Part shown: positions 6,852-16,733 of the stretch, piece after piece
How positions within the stretch are numbered: the stretch's first letter is position 1
Layout: the number at the start of each line of letters is the position of its first letter
NCBI GenBank assembly: GCA_041690595.1
Contig: JAWLHB010000043.1
Span: 53,256 to 73,255 of the forward strand
Source of the DNA: Lentisphaeria bacterium
GTDB taxonomy: Bacteria > Verrucomicrobiota > Lentisphaeria > JABSQK01 > JAWLHB01
DNA: 20,000 nt
Reading direction: 5' to 3'
Notes under the pieces: generated by a model
What the model was told of the DNA's origin: nothing
The model's input: only the letters and a program-made list of their open reading frames with translations
The model's database searches: none
Position numbers and translations under genes: made by a program

Positions 6852-9380
6852 TCAGCGGAGCCGGGGGAGCTTGTCGACCAGTTCTGGCGTGATGTCGATA
6901 ATCTGCCCATCGCGACTGACGGCCCGTTCGAGGCGCTCGAAGATGTGATTGCCGGCGTTGGCCTTGAGGCAATCGATGTCGCCGATGATGATGAGTTCGC
7001 GACGACAGCGCGTATGGGCGACGTTGATGCGCTGGGGGTCGTCAACGAAGCCGATGCCGCGGCCGTCGTTGCTGCGAACATAGCAGATGACCACGGCGTC
7101 GCTTTCGCCGCCCTGGAAGCTGTCGACGGTGGAGATGCGGGTGTAGATGAAGGCATCGCGCTCGGTCTCGGTCATGTCGCTTCGCCCGGTGAGACTGCGG
7201 AGGGCGGGGAGGCTGAGGGCGTCGCGGATGAGGCGGACCTGACGCCGATAGGGCGCGATGATGGTGATCTCTTCCGGCGGGTAGCGGCGGAGGAGTTCGC
7301 CGAAGGCCAGGACGCAGAGGCGTGCTTCGAGGTGGTTTTCGAGGCCGGGCCTGTGGCCATGCGCGATGTATTGCTCCTGGCGAATATGGAGGGGGAGCTT
7401 GCTGGTGCGGTAGATGCGCAAAGTGGCGGGCGGGTACTTGCGCGTTCGATCCTGATAGGAAAGCTGATAGTAGTCGGCACTCTGACTGGTCTTGACACGG
7501 GCGTTGTAGAAGAGGGTGGAGGAGAAGCGCATGAGACGCGGATTCTGGCAGCGGTAGGTGGACTGCAGGAGGAAGACGGGGAAGCCGCGTTCCTCGCTCA
7601 GCCACTCGAGGGCGCTGTGCTGGAGGATTCGCCACTGGCGCCGGGGAACGGGGCCGCGCTGTTCGAGGATGTCGATCACCTCCTGAGGCAGCGGGAAGGG
7701 GGGGAGCTGCTGGTGGTCGCCGAAGAGAATGACGCGCCGGGCACGCATGGCACAGAGGATGAACTGGTCGAGACGGGCCATACCGGCTTCGTCGAAAATG
7801 ATGCAGTCGAAGGGTCCATGCTGTTCGGCTTCGGCCGCGATGACCTCGTCGCGCAGAATGCCGACGTGGGTTCCGGCATAGATGGCGCCGGGAGACTTGC
7901 GGCGCTCTTTGGCCACACGCTGCACGGCATCGAGATCGCCTACCCAGCAGGTGGTGGCAATGGTCGGATCGACGCTTTCGCGATCGTTGCCGACCCGGAG
8001 GAGCGGGAGATCGCAGATACGGCGGCAGACATTGTCGATGGCGGTATTACTGGGGGCGGTGATAAGAATACGCTGCCCGCGGCTGAAGAGCTCGCGGACT
8101 ACCTGCTCGAGGACGTGGGTCTTGCCGGTGCCGGGGGGGCCCTGAATGAGCATGACGGGGTTCTGCTCGTGGACCGCATTACACCATGCCCGAGCTTGAG
8201 AATGATCCAGACCGTCCATGACAGCCCCGGCACCGACATCCTCGAAAGGTGACTCGTGAACACCGAGAGCCGCCTCGATTCCCGGGGCGCTCAGGGTGCC
8301 CTTGTCGCGGAAGATCTGCACGACGTGGTTGACCAGGCCGGCCAGATAGCCGTCAGGCCCCTGTCGCGGCCGGGCGAAGAGCTTGCCAGAGTTGATGTCG
8401 ACAACGGAGAAGGAATCATTCCAGGAGAGGCGTCCATAGACGGCATCACGCTCGAGGTGATCGACGTTGAGCATGGCAATGCTGCCACGCGCACCGCGCA
8501 TGAAGACCCGGAGGCGGTCGCCGACCTGAATATTGGGGGGCACCCGCGCCGGGACGCGCAGGACATGGCCGGTGCTGGAGCTTTCGAGGATCTCGGCAGC
8601 CGAGAGGTCGAGAATGAAGGTTTCATCGAGGCTGGCGAGAGCCAGGCAGGCGTCCTGGATGAAGGCAAGATCCTGAAGAATGTGCCAGTTGGTGCGCTTC
8701 GCCAGACGGATGGTGATGGCCTGAGTCTCCTGCTGGGGCGAGAGTGCCGATGCGGGAGCAGGGGTGGCATAGTTGCCGTCAAGCGGCAGCATGAGCTGGT
8801 TGCTCCACTCATCGCGGGGCAGGTCCTCGAGAGCACGTGCGAGGAGCTTCTGTATGGTGGGCTGGCGGAGCCCCCGCATGACGGCGACGGCCTGGGTGCT
8901 GTACCGTGGAGCGATCACCTTGAGAACATTGAGGAAGGTGCGCCGGTTCAGCTTGTGCAGGTCGCGGCCGGGCTGATTGCGGCGAATGTAGGCGACGACG
9001 TCGTACATGACCTCGAGCCTCTCGCCGAAGGAGAGCTCGGTATCTTCCAGAAGTTCGAGGGGCTGCTCGGTAATGACGGGCATACCATCCTGGAAGTCGA
9101 TCAGGATGTTCTGGTCGAAGCTTCTGCCTTCGACGCGGAGGCAGGCGCAGCCTTCTTCGTCGTGCCAGTCGAAATAGGCGAGGATACCGGCTTCATCGGG
9201 AAACGTTATGTCACAGCCGGGGAACTGAAAGGTGGTTGTATCGAGGAAAAAGGGGTTGGCCTGGGCACTCGCCTCCCAAAGCTCGAAGAAGTCACGGGTG
9301 AGAACAAGGTCGGGATTGCTTTCCCAGAGGCGCTCAGCCTCATCGAAGTAGTCGTTGATCTTCTCGAATTCGTTCATCAT
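6852..9380 (-). CDS. Superfamily 1 (Upf1/DNA2/NAM7-like, AAA_11/AAA_12) helicase with an uncharacterised N-terminal region
   Basis: Q motif LDHSQ, Walker A QGPPGTGKT, APSNTAIDN, DEAG, GDHQQLPP, YR, IIAPYRRQV, TVDSFQGGE and RINVAHTRCR. Start taken as MMNEFEK (9380 or 9377); uncertain. Confidence 0.9.
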   Translation of the reverse strand: MMNEFEKINDYFDEAERLWESNPDLVLTRDFFELWEASAQANPFFLDTTTFQFPGCDITFPDEAGILAYFDWHDEEGCACLRVEGRSFDQNILIDFQDGMPVITEQPLELLEDTELSFGERLEVMYDVVAYIRRNQPGRDLHKLNRRTFLNVLKVIAPRYSTQAVAVMRGLRQPTIQKLLARALEDLPRDEWSNQLMLPLDGNYATPAPASALSPQQETQAITIRLAKRTNWHILQDLAFIQDACLALASLDETFILDLSAAEILESSSTGHVLRVPARVPPNIQVGDRLRVFMRGARGSIAMLNVDHLERDAVYGRLSWNDSFSVVDINSGKLFARPRQGPDGYLAGLVNHVVQIFRDKGTLSAPGIEAALGVHESPFEDVGAGAVMDGLDHSQARAWCNAVHEQNPVMLIQGPPGTGKTHVLEQVVRELFSRGQRILITAPSNTAIDNVCRRICDLPLLRVGNDRESVDPTIATTCWVGDLDAVQRVAKERRKSPGAIYAGTHVGILRDEVIAAEAEQHGPFDCIIFDEAGMARLDQFILCAMRARRVILFGDHQQLPPFPLPQEVIDILEQRGPVPRRQWRILQHSALEWLSEERGFPVFLLQSTYRCQNPRLMRFSSTLFYNARVKTSQSADYYQLSYQDRTRKYPPATLRIYRTSKLPLHIRQEQYIAHGHRPGLENHLEARLCVLAFGELLRRYPPEEITIIAPYRRQVRLIRDALSLPALRSLTGRSDMTETERDAFIYTRISTVDSFQGGESDAVVICYVRSNDGRGIGFVDDPQRINVAHTRCRRELIIIGDIDCLKANAGNHIFERLERAVSRDGQIIDITPELVDKLPRLR

Positions 9381-9679
9381 GGCAGGTATATCGTGGATCG
9401 ACGGAGTGCGGATGAGATGGGCAGGGAGTGCCGACCGTGCGGCTGGTAACATGCAACGCGGCGACAGGTTGCGCAAGTGTGGCACGAGGCGGAAGAGAAG
9501 GAAGTCACATTGGTAGAGTTGGAAAAGTGGAACTATTGCACTTGCTTTGGGCTGCAGGCTGGAACTTATTGCCAACTGCTAGTAAATTGTGAAACTACGG
9601 CTTTACAGCCTTCACCCGGACTCCTTTCATATCACGCTAAGGCTCAGCCCCCCAGGCGGTACAGCAGTACCACTAATCT

Positions 9680-12412
9680 ATGGAAAAGCGTTCCTCACTC
9701 AACGACGCGAACATCGCCTTCATTGAAGACCTCTACAAACTGTACGAAAAGGACCCGCGTGCCCTTAGCGAAGAGTGGCAGCACTTCTTCGAAGGGTTCG
9801 ACTTTGCCTATAGCCGCAACGGCACGGGCGAGCTGAAGTCGCGGGAAATGTCGGACAAGGAAGTAGCGGTAGTGAAGCTGATCAACGCCTTTCGCGGCCG
9901 CGGTCATCTGGTCGCCGCCACCAATCCAGTACGTCCACGACGGCACCACGATGCCGACCTGGACCTGGAGTATCACGGCCTTTCGGAGGCAGACCTCGAC
10001 ACCAGCTTCGAGGTGGGGGCGGAGGTGTGGATCGGCACCGCGACACTGCGCGAGATCCTCGATCACCTCAAGCGCACCTACTGCGGCTCGGTGAGCGTGG
10101 AGTACCGCTACATCCGCGACTCGGAGATCCGGACCTGGCTGCACGAGCACATGGAATCGCCAAAGCTGCGCATCGAGTACGACAAGGAGCAGAAGCGGCA
10201 GATCCTCATGAATCTGACGCAAAGCGTCGGCTTCGAGAAGTTCCTCCACGTGAAGTATACCGGGCAGAAGCGTTTCTCGCTGGAAGGGTGCGAGGCCTTT
10301 GTTCCCGCGCTCAATATCCTCGTAGAGCAAGGGGCCGCCCTTGGGGTGCGTGAGTTCGTGATGTGCATGGCGCACCGCGGCCGCCTCAATGTGCTGGTCA
10401 ACCTCTTCCGCAAGAGCTACGAGAACATGCTCTCCGAGTTTGGTGGGAGTGTGCTGCCGGATTTCATCCACGGCGATGGCGACGTGACGTATCACCGCGG
10501 TCACTCTTCGGACATTGTCACCGACAACGGCTTTCCGGTCCACCTGAGCCTGACCTTCAATCCCTCTCATCTGGAAGCGGTCTATCCCGTGACCGAAGGG
10601 ACTGTGCGCGCCAAAGGCGAGCGGATGTATGGTGGCGATTTCAGTAAGATCGTGCCGATCGTGATCCACGGCGATGCGTCGGTCTCTGGACAAGGGGTAG
10701 TCTACGAAGTGGTGAACATGTCCAAGCTGGGGGGGTACTCCACCGGCGGCTCCGTTCATCTGGTCATTAACAACCAAGTCGGCTTCACCGCCAACAATCG
10801 CGAGACGCGCTCCAGCCTCTACTGTACGGACATCGCGAAGGTAATCGAAGCGCCGGTTTTCCATGTCAATGCGGACGATCCCGAAGCGGTCGCCCGAGTC
10901 TGCCAGATGGCGATCCAGTTGCGCCAGCGCTTCCACATCGATGTCTTCATCGACATGGTGGGCTATCGCCGCCATGGTCACAACGAGGGGGACGATCCGC
11001 GCTACACGCAACCGCTCCTCTACGACACCATCGAGAAGCATGACTCGGTACTGGATATCTACATCGCCAAGCTGGTGAAGGAAGGGACGATCAGCGAGGA
11101 GGAATCCAAGCAGATCACGACCGACTTCAACGATCTGCTGCAGGAGAGCCTGCGCAAGGCGAACGAGAACGAACACCATGTCGAGGTGAACTTCCTGGGC
11201 CGGCAGTGGCAAGGTGTGCGCCGCTCCAAGTCGGAAGATTTCGAGATTTCGCCGCAAACCGGAGTGGATCGCCGTTATCTGAATCGTATCATCGACGCGA
11301 TGATCACCATCCCGGAAGGGTTCAATGCCTATCCGAAGCTCAAGCGGCTGATCAAGAAGCGGGAACAACTGGTTCGTGAGGAGCAGGTGGTGGACTGGGG
11401 GCTGGCCGAGTTGATGGCCTATGGCTCCCTGCTGATCGAGAACATCCCCGTGCGCATGAGCGGGCAGGACTGCCGCCGTGGCACCTTCTCGCATCGCCAC
11501 GCTGTCTTGATCGACTACAAGGACGAGACGGAATACATCTATCTCAACCACATCCAGAAGCATCAGGAGAAGCTGCACATCTACAACTCGCACCTGAGCG
11601 AGTATGGGGTGCTCGGCTTCGAATACGGATATTCGCTGGCGCTTCCCAGCTCGCTGGTGATCTGGGAGGCACAGTTCGGCGACTTCGTCAATGGCGCCCA
11701 GATCGTGATCGACCAGTTCATCAGCTCGGCCGAGTCGAAATGGCAGCGGATGAGCGGTCTGGTCATGCTTCTGCCCCATGGTTATGAAGGACAGGGGCCG
11801 GAGCATTCCAGTGCCCGCGTCGGCCGCTTCCTCGACCTCTGTGCCGAGTACAACATCATCCTGGCTACCCCGACTACGCCATCGAACTTCTTCCACCTGA
11901 TACGCCGCCAGATGAAGGTCCCTTTCCGCAAGCCGCTTATCGTCTTCACGCCGAAGAGCCTGTTGCGCCACCCGAAAGTGGTATCGCCCATCAGCGAGCT
12001 GACGTCGGGGCGGTTCCAGGAGATCCTTCATGACGATAGTATCGCCCCGGAGAAGGTGCGGCGCGTCATCCTCTGTTCCGGCAAGATCTACTATGAGCTG
12101 CAGGAGAAGCGACTGGGCGACAACATAGACAACGTGGCGATTGTCCGCCTCGAACAATACTATCCGATCCCCTACAAACAGGATCAGGAGCTTTTCCGCA
12201 AGTATGCCCACGTCACGGACTGGGTTTGGGTGCAGGAAGAGCCGGTAAACATGGGCGCCGGCAGTTTCGTGAAGCAACGGTTCAGCTTCCTGCCCAAACT
12301 GCGTGTTGTTTCGCGGCGCGAAAGCGCCAGTCCATCCAGCGCCTCGCTGAAACTGCACCTCAAGGTGCAGGAGCGCATCGCCAGAGAAGCTTTTGAAAAC
12401 ATACAGGACTAA
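9680..12412 (+). CDS. sucA: 2-oxoglutarate dehydrogenase E1 component
   Basis: KRFSLEG, MAHRGRLN, NPSHLEAV, ThDP-binding HGDA...NNQVGFT, SGQDCRRGTFSHRH, WEAQFGDF and LPHGYEGQGPEHSSAR. Confidence 0.97.
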   Translation: MEKRSSLNDANIAFIEDLYKLYEKDPRALSEEWQHFFEGFDFAYSRNGTGELKSREMSDKEVAVVKLINAFRGRGHLVAATNPVRPRRHHDADLDLEYHGLSEADLDTSFEVGAEVWIGTATLREILDHLKRTYCGSVSVEYRYIRDSEIRTWLHEHMESPKLRIEYDKEQKRQILMNLTQSVGFEKFLHVKYTGQKRFSLEGCEAFVPALNILVEQGAALGVREFVMCMAHRGRLNVLVNLFRKSYENMLSEFGGSVLPDFIHGDGDVTYHRGHSSDIVTDNGFPVHLSLTFNPSHLEAVYPVTEGTVRAKGERMYGGDFSKIVPIVIHGDASVSGQGVVYEVVNMSKLGGYSTGGSVHLVINNQVGFTANNRETRSSLYCTDIAKVIEAPVFHVNADDPEAVARVCQMAIQLRQRFHIDVFIDMVGYRRHGHNEGDDPRYTQPLLYDTIEKHDSVLDIYIAKLVKEGTISEEESKQITTDFNDLLQESLRKANENEHHVEVNFLGRQWQGVRRSKSEDFEISPQTGVDRRYLNRIIDAMITIPEGFNAYPKLKRLIKKREQLVREEQVVDWGLAELMAYGSLLIENIPVRMSGQDCRRGTFSHRHAVLIDYKDETEYIYLNHIQKHQEKLHIYNSHLSEYGVLGFEYGYSLALPSSLVIWEAQFGDFVNGAQIVIDQFISSAESKWQRMSGLVMLLPHGYEGQGPEHSSARVGRFLDLCAEYNIILATPTTPSNFFHLIRRQMKVPFRKPLIVFTPKSLLRHPKVVSPISELTSGRFQEILHDDSIAPEKVRRVILCSGKIYYELQEKRLGDNIDNVAIVRLEQYYPIPYKQDQELFRKYAHVTDWVWVQEEPVNMGAGSFVKQRFSFLPKLRVVSRRESASPSSASLKLHLKVQERIAREAFENIQD

Positions 12413-12436
12413 GAGTCTTACAGCAGGAGAGTGTAC

Positions 12437-13825
12437 ATGCGCGTAGAGGTGAAGGTGCCAGCTGCCGGCGAATCCGTCAAGGAAGCCGATATTGCCCGGT
12501 GGTTCAAGGAGGACGGCGATTACGTTGCGCTCGACGAGCCGCTCTGCGAACTGGAGACCGACAAGGCATCCCTGGAAGTCACGGCCATGGAAGCCGGGCG
12601 TCTCAGCATCACTGTCGGCGAAGGTGAAACCGTGGCGGTGGGCCAGGTAATCGGTCAGATCGATACCGAAGCGGATAAGCCCCAGGCGAAGAAAGCAGGC
12701 AAGGAGCCCCCCGCCGCGACGAAGCCTTCCCCGGAAGCAGAGACCGCAACAATCCCACCTGCAGCCAAAGACGACGAGGACGACGATGAGGATGAGGACG
12801 ACAAGGCCAAACATGCCTCCGTCTTCAACATGATGATGCCTTCTCCAGCGGCACGAAAGCTCATCTCCGAGAACAAGCTCTCTGCCCAGGACATCGAGGG
12901 CTCCGGCCGCGACGGGCGCATCACCAAGTCGGATGTCCTTCAGTACCTGGAGCAGGTCGAGCGCGAAGAGCAGCTGCGTGGCAGCCGTCCGGCGACGGTG
13001 CGGCGCGAGGAAGAACCTGCCGAGGAGATGACCCGACATCCGGCCTTCGAGCAGAAGCGCGCCACGCCGGAGCGTCAGGCCGAAGCGCCAGAAGTCGAGG
13101 CTCCGCCTGCCGCCAATACGGGCGACCGTGCCATTCACCGCGAGAAGATGTCGCGGATCCGCAAGACCATCGCCCAACGCCTGGTGAAAACCACGCAGGA
13201 GTTGGCCATGCTGACCACCTTCAACGAGGTGGATATGGGGGCAATCAAAGAGATCCGCGCCAAGTACAAGGACAGCTTCAAGGAGAAACATCAGGTCGGG
13301 CTCGGCTTCATGTCCTTCTTCACCCGCGCTGTCTGCATCGCGCTCAAGGAGTTCCCTCTGGTCAATGCGCAGGTCGATGGAGAGGATATCGTCTACCACG
13401 ACTACTGCGACATCGGCATCGCCGTTTCGACGCCCAAGGGTCTGCTCGTGCCCGTGCTTCGCAACGCGGAAAAGCTCACCTTCGAGCAGATCGAATCCGC
13501 CATCATCGACCTCGCCACCCGAGGCCGCGATGGTAAGCTCTCAATCGACGAGATGAGCAATGGGACCTTCACCATCACCAATGGCGGGATCTTCGGCTCC
13601 ATGCTCTCGACGCCGTTGATCAACTATCCGCAGAGCGGCATCCTCGGCATGCACAACATCGTGGATCGACCGGTTGCCGTCGATGGACAGGTCGTAATCC
13701 GCCCGATCATGTACCTGGCATTGAGCTACGACCACCGGATCATCGATGGCGCCGGGGCGGTCCGCTTCCTGGTGCGGGTCAAGGAGCTGCTCGAGGATCC
13801 TGTGCGCCTGATGCTCAACGTCTGA
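12437..13825 (+). CDS. sucB: Dihydrolipoyllysine-residue succinyltransferase (E2)
   Basis: Lipoyl motif ETDKA, E3-binding domain SPAARKL...[20 protein letters not shown] and catalytic [14 protein letters not shown] lies before the ATG at 12437. Confidence 0.96.
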   Translation: MRVEVKVPAAGESVKEADIARWFKEDGDYVALDEPLCELETDKASLEVTAMEAGRLSITVGEGETVAVGQVIGQIDTEADKPQAKKAGKEPPAATKPSPEAETATIPPAAKDDEDDDEDEDDKAKHASVFNMMMPSPAARKLISENKLSAQDIEGSGRDGRITKSDVLQYLEQVEREEQLRGSRPATVRREEEPAEEMTRHPAFEQKRATPERQAEAPEVEAPPAANTGDRAIHREKMSRIRKTIAQRLVKTTQELAMLTTFNEVDMGAIKEIRAKYKDSFKEKHQVGLGFMSFFTRAVCIALKEFPLVNAQVDGEDIVYHDYCDIGIAVSTPKGLLVPVLRNAEKLTFEQIESAIIDLATRGRDGKLSIDEMSNGTFTITNGGIFGSMLSTPLINYPQSGILGMHNIVDRPVAVDGQVVIRPIMYLALSYDHRIIDGAGAVRFLVRVKELLEDPVRLMLNV

Positions 13826-13852
13826 TCGTAAGGGGCTGACCCGGCATCCGCT

Positions 13853-14041
13853 TCAGGGCTTCGAATTGTCGCTGCACGACTCGCTCGAGGCGCAGCTATT
13901 GTCGTCGGCCTTGCGCGTTACGTCACACTTCTCGCACATGCTGCAGTTGACACTCTTGCCGGCCAGCACCCGATAGATCATGCGGATGGTGATGACGGTG
14001 CAGACGGCGACGATCAGGAAAACGATGACGTACTGGATCAT
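13853..14041 (-). CDS. FeoB-associated Cys-rich small membrane protein (62 aa)
   Basis: MIQYVIVFLIVAVCTVITIRMIYRVLAGK (one TM helix) then CSMCEKC...C...C. AAGGAG RBS; immediately downstream of feoB. Confidence 0.75.
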   Translation of the reverse strand: MIQYVIVFLIVAVCTVITIRMIYRVLAGKSVNCSMCEKCDVTRKADDNSCASSESCSDNSKP

Positions 14042-14060
14042 GTTTCCGTCTCCTTTCGGC

Positions 14061-16477
14061 TCAGATGCCGATCCCGAGTTTGCTGCCAATTTGGAAGACC
14101 AGCGTCGCCAGCACCAGGGCCAGCAGCGTCGTGTAGACGGTCGAAAAGAGGGTCCAGCGCCATGAACCTGACTCCCGCAGAATGACCGACGTCGTCACCA
14201 GGCAAGGCGAGTAAACCATCACGAAGATCATCAGCGCGAAAGCCCTCAACGGCGACCAGCCTGGATCGCGCGCAATACGTTGCGCAAGCGGATTCCCGGC
14301 GACGTTCTCTTCCACCGACTCGATCGGATCGACGGCGCCCATGCTGTAGGCGGTCCCCATGGTGCTGACAATGACCTCCTTGGCCGCGAAGCCACCTGTC
14401 AATGCAATATTGTCCCTCCAATCGAAGCCTGCGTGGCGGGTAACCGGTTCGAGGATACGGCCAAGCCGCCCTGCCACCGAATGACGCAACTGCTTCGCCG
14501 CCTGCCGATTGGTGATCTCGGTCGTCTCCTCCAGCCATTGCCCAAACGGCGCCACCTTCAATGACGGATCCGTTTCCGTGAAGAGAGAGGCAACCAGCTC
14601 CACACGCTCGGGCGCATGCTCGGCCCTGATGCCGGCCAGAGTCTCGACATCCTCCGCGCCCAGAGCCTCGGCATAAAGCTCCGCCAGCTCCACGGTCTCA
14701 TCCAGAGTCTCATCCGTCACCCAGGGAGCATACGCGCTGCCCGCCAGGGCACCCTGCATGTGCTTCGTCCGCGCCTCGCGCTCCAGCTCGAAAGACGTAC
14801 TGTCGGAGCGGGGAAAGTACATCATGGCCCACATGACAACGCAGACCGCGAGGATGACCGTACCCGCCTTTCGCATGTAGCTCCAGCTCCGCCCCCCCGC
14901 GTTGCGAAGAACACCGCCAAGCGTCGGCATGTGATACGCGGGCAGCTCCATCACGAAGGGAGATTCAGGGCCGCGGATCAGCGACTTGCGCAAGGTCAGC
15001 GCCGCCAGCAGCGCAATGGTCCATGCCAGGATCATCAGCACCCACATCATCAACCCCTGGTGCGCGGCAAAAAAGGCGGCAATCAGCATCGCAAAGACCG
15101 GGATCTTCGCCCCGCAGTTCATGAATGGCGCCACCAACATGGTTGTCAGGCGGTCTTTCGGGTCATTCAGCGTCCGCGTAGCCATGACGCCCGGAACGGC
15201 GCAACCCCCGGCGATCCCTCCCGACACGATCATCGCCAGAATGCTCTTGCCCTGCAGCCCGAAGCTCCGCAGCAGGCGGTCCAGCACGAAAGCTATCCGC
15301 GCCACATAACCAGAGTCCTCGATCACCGCCAGCAGCATGAACATGAAGAAGATGATCGGCACAAAGCCCAGCACCCCCCCACCCCCGCGATGATGCCATC
15401 CACGATCAGCGACCGCAGCGGTCCCGCACCCAGCCAGTTGAAAAGCTGCACCAGAAAATCCTCAAAGAACCACCCGCACACGCCCACCGGCGTCTGCCAG
15501 CCACCCGGCCACGGAATATAGGCCCACCCATCCGCCAGCTTGAAGGTCAACGCAAAGGTCGCATACACGGCAACAGCTACCGAAATCAGCCCGAATACGC
15601 GATGACAAAGCACCTTGTCCAACTTCTCGGTCATGCTCTCCCCCCGCGCGTCCCGCCGAACCACCTCGCGCACCAGCTCCGAAGCGCGCGCGTAGCGCTG
15701 CTCCGCGATGATCATGGCCACCTCTTCGTCGAGCTTGTCCTCGATCCGCATCGCCACCTCATGAACCCGTCGCAGAATCCCTTCCGGCTCGCGAGCGGAT
15801 TTGCGTAGCCGATCGCCCGCCTGGGCATCCTGCTCGAGCAGCTTCACCGCCATCCAGCGCGTCTGCCCATTCATCCGCGTCCCCTCATCCGCCTGCAGTT
15901 CAGCAAGCAGATCCTCGATCGCGGGCTCGATATCGGCGCTGTAGCGCAGAGCATTCGGGCGGCCGGACACCTGCCCCATCGCCACCTGGGAAATGACCGT
16001 CAACAGCTCCTCGGCGGACTCGCGCCGGTGCCCCACCGTCAGGACCACGGGAACCCCCAGGGCCGCCGAAAGCTTCTCCGCGTCGATGCTCATCCCGCGC
16101 TGTTCTGCCACGTCATGCATGTTGAGGGCCAGCACCATCGGCACCCCGATCTCCGCCAGTTGAATGGCCAAATACAGGTTCCGCTCCAGATTGCTGGCGT
16201 CGATGACATCCAGAATCACATCCGGCGCCTCCTCCAGGATATAGTTGCGGGCAACCACTTCATCCAGAGAAAAGGTGGTCAGGCTGTAGGTGCCCGGCAA
16301 ATCCACAAAGTGCAGGATCGAGCCCTCGACGTGGCGCCGACCCTCCTTCTTCTCCACCGTCACGCCGGGATAGTTCCCCACCTTCTGATTCGACCCCGTC
16401 AAGCCATTGAAGAGAGTGGTCTTGCCCGAGTTGGGATTGCCGGCGACCGCGATTCTGTAAATGGGCGTTGCTGCCAT
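14061..16477 (-). CDS. feoB: Ferrous iron transporter FeoB, split by a 1-nt frameshift at 15374-15380 (sequencing error, pseudogene or phase variant)
   Basis: The upstream frame has GTPase motifs GNPNSGKT, VGNYPGVTVE, DLPG and NMHD. The downstream frame has EDSGYVAR, GCAVP, PFMNCGAK, FVMELP, AKEVIVST and YSPC. Adding one G joins them as GIIAGVGGVLGFVP, about 805 aa. Confidence 0.93.
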
Positions 16478-16487
16478 ATGCCGTATC

Positions 16488-16718
16488 CTACTCCACCTCG
16501 ATCAATTGCGCTTCACGTTTGCGGATGGCCAGATGATAGCCCTTCAGATAAACCTCGACCGGATCGCCCAGCGGCGCAACCCGCTCGACCAGCAACTCCG
16601 CTCCACGCGTCACCCCCATGTCCAGCAATCGCTGCCGAATGGCCCCAACCGGATCGCGCCGTATGCGCTTGATGATGGCGCGCTCGCCAATGCCCACATC
16701 CAGAAGTGTGCGTTCCAT
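16488..16718 (-). CDS. feoA: Ferrous iron transport protein A
   Basis: RQRLLDMGVTRG...APLGDPVEV...LAIRKREA, classic FeoA. Confidence 0.95.
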   Translation of the reverse strand: MERTLLDVGIGERAIIKRIRRDPVGAIRQRLLDMGVTRGAELLVERVAPLGDPVEVYLKGYHLAIRKREAQLIEVE

Positions 16719-16733
16719 AGAGAGTGATAGCTC

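Noticed and set aside
9195..9216. dif-like TTATGT half-site near the skew switch
   Set aside because: Lies inside the helicase CDS and lacks the XerC arm and palindromic structure.
361..9449. Long plus-strand ORFs (361-1740, 1793-2995, 2850-3875, 4454-5119, 5141-5983, 6846-8252, 8256-9449)
   Set aside because: Mirror frames of well-supported minus-strand genes, with no family motifs.
9528..9572. Sigma54 promoter (TGG..TTGC)
   Set aside because: The GG-to-GC spacing does not fit the required GG-N10-GC.
9381..9575. Upstream extension of the helicase ORF
   Set aside because: Composition is not protein-like and overlaps the probable divergent promoter region; MMNEFEK is the more plausible start.
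9695..13399. 1234-aa minus-strand ORF
   Set aside because: Antisense shadow of sucA/sucB caused by GC-rich codon bias; no recognisable motifs.
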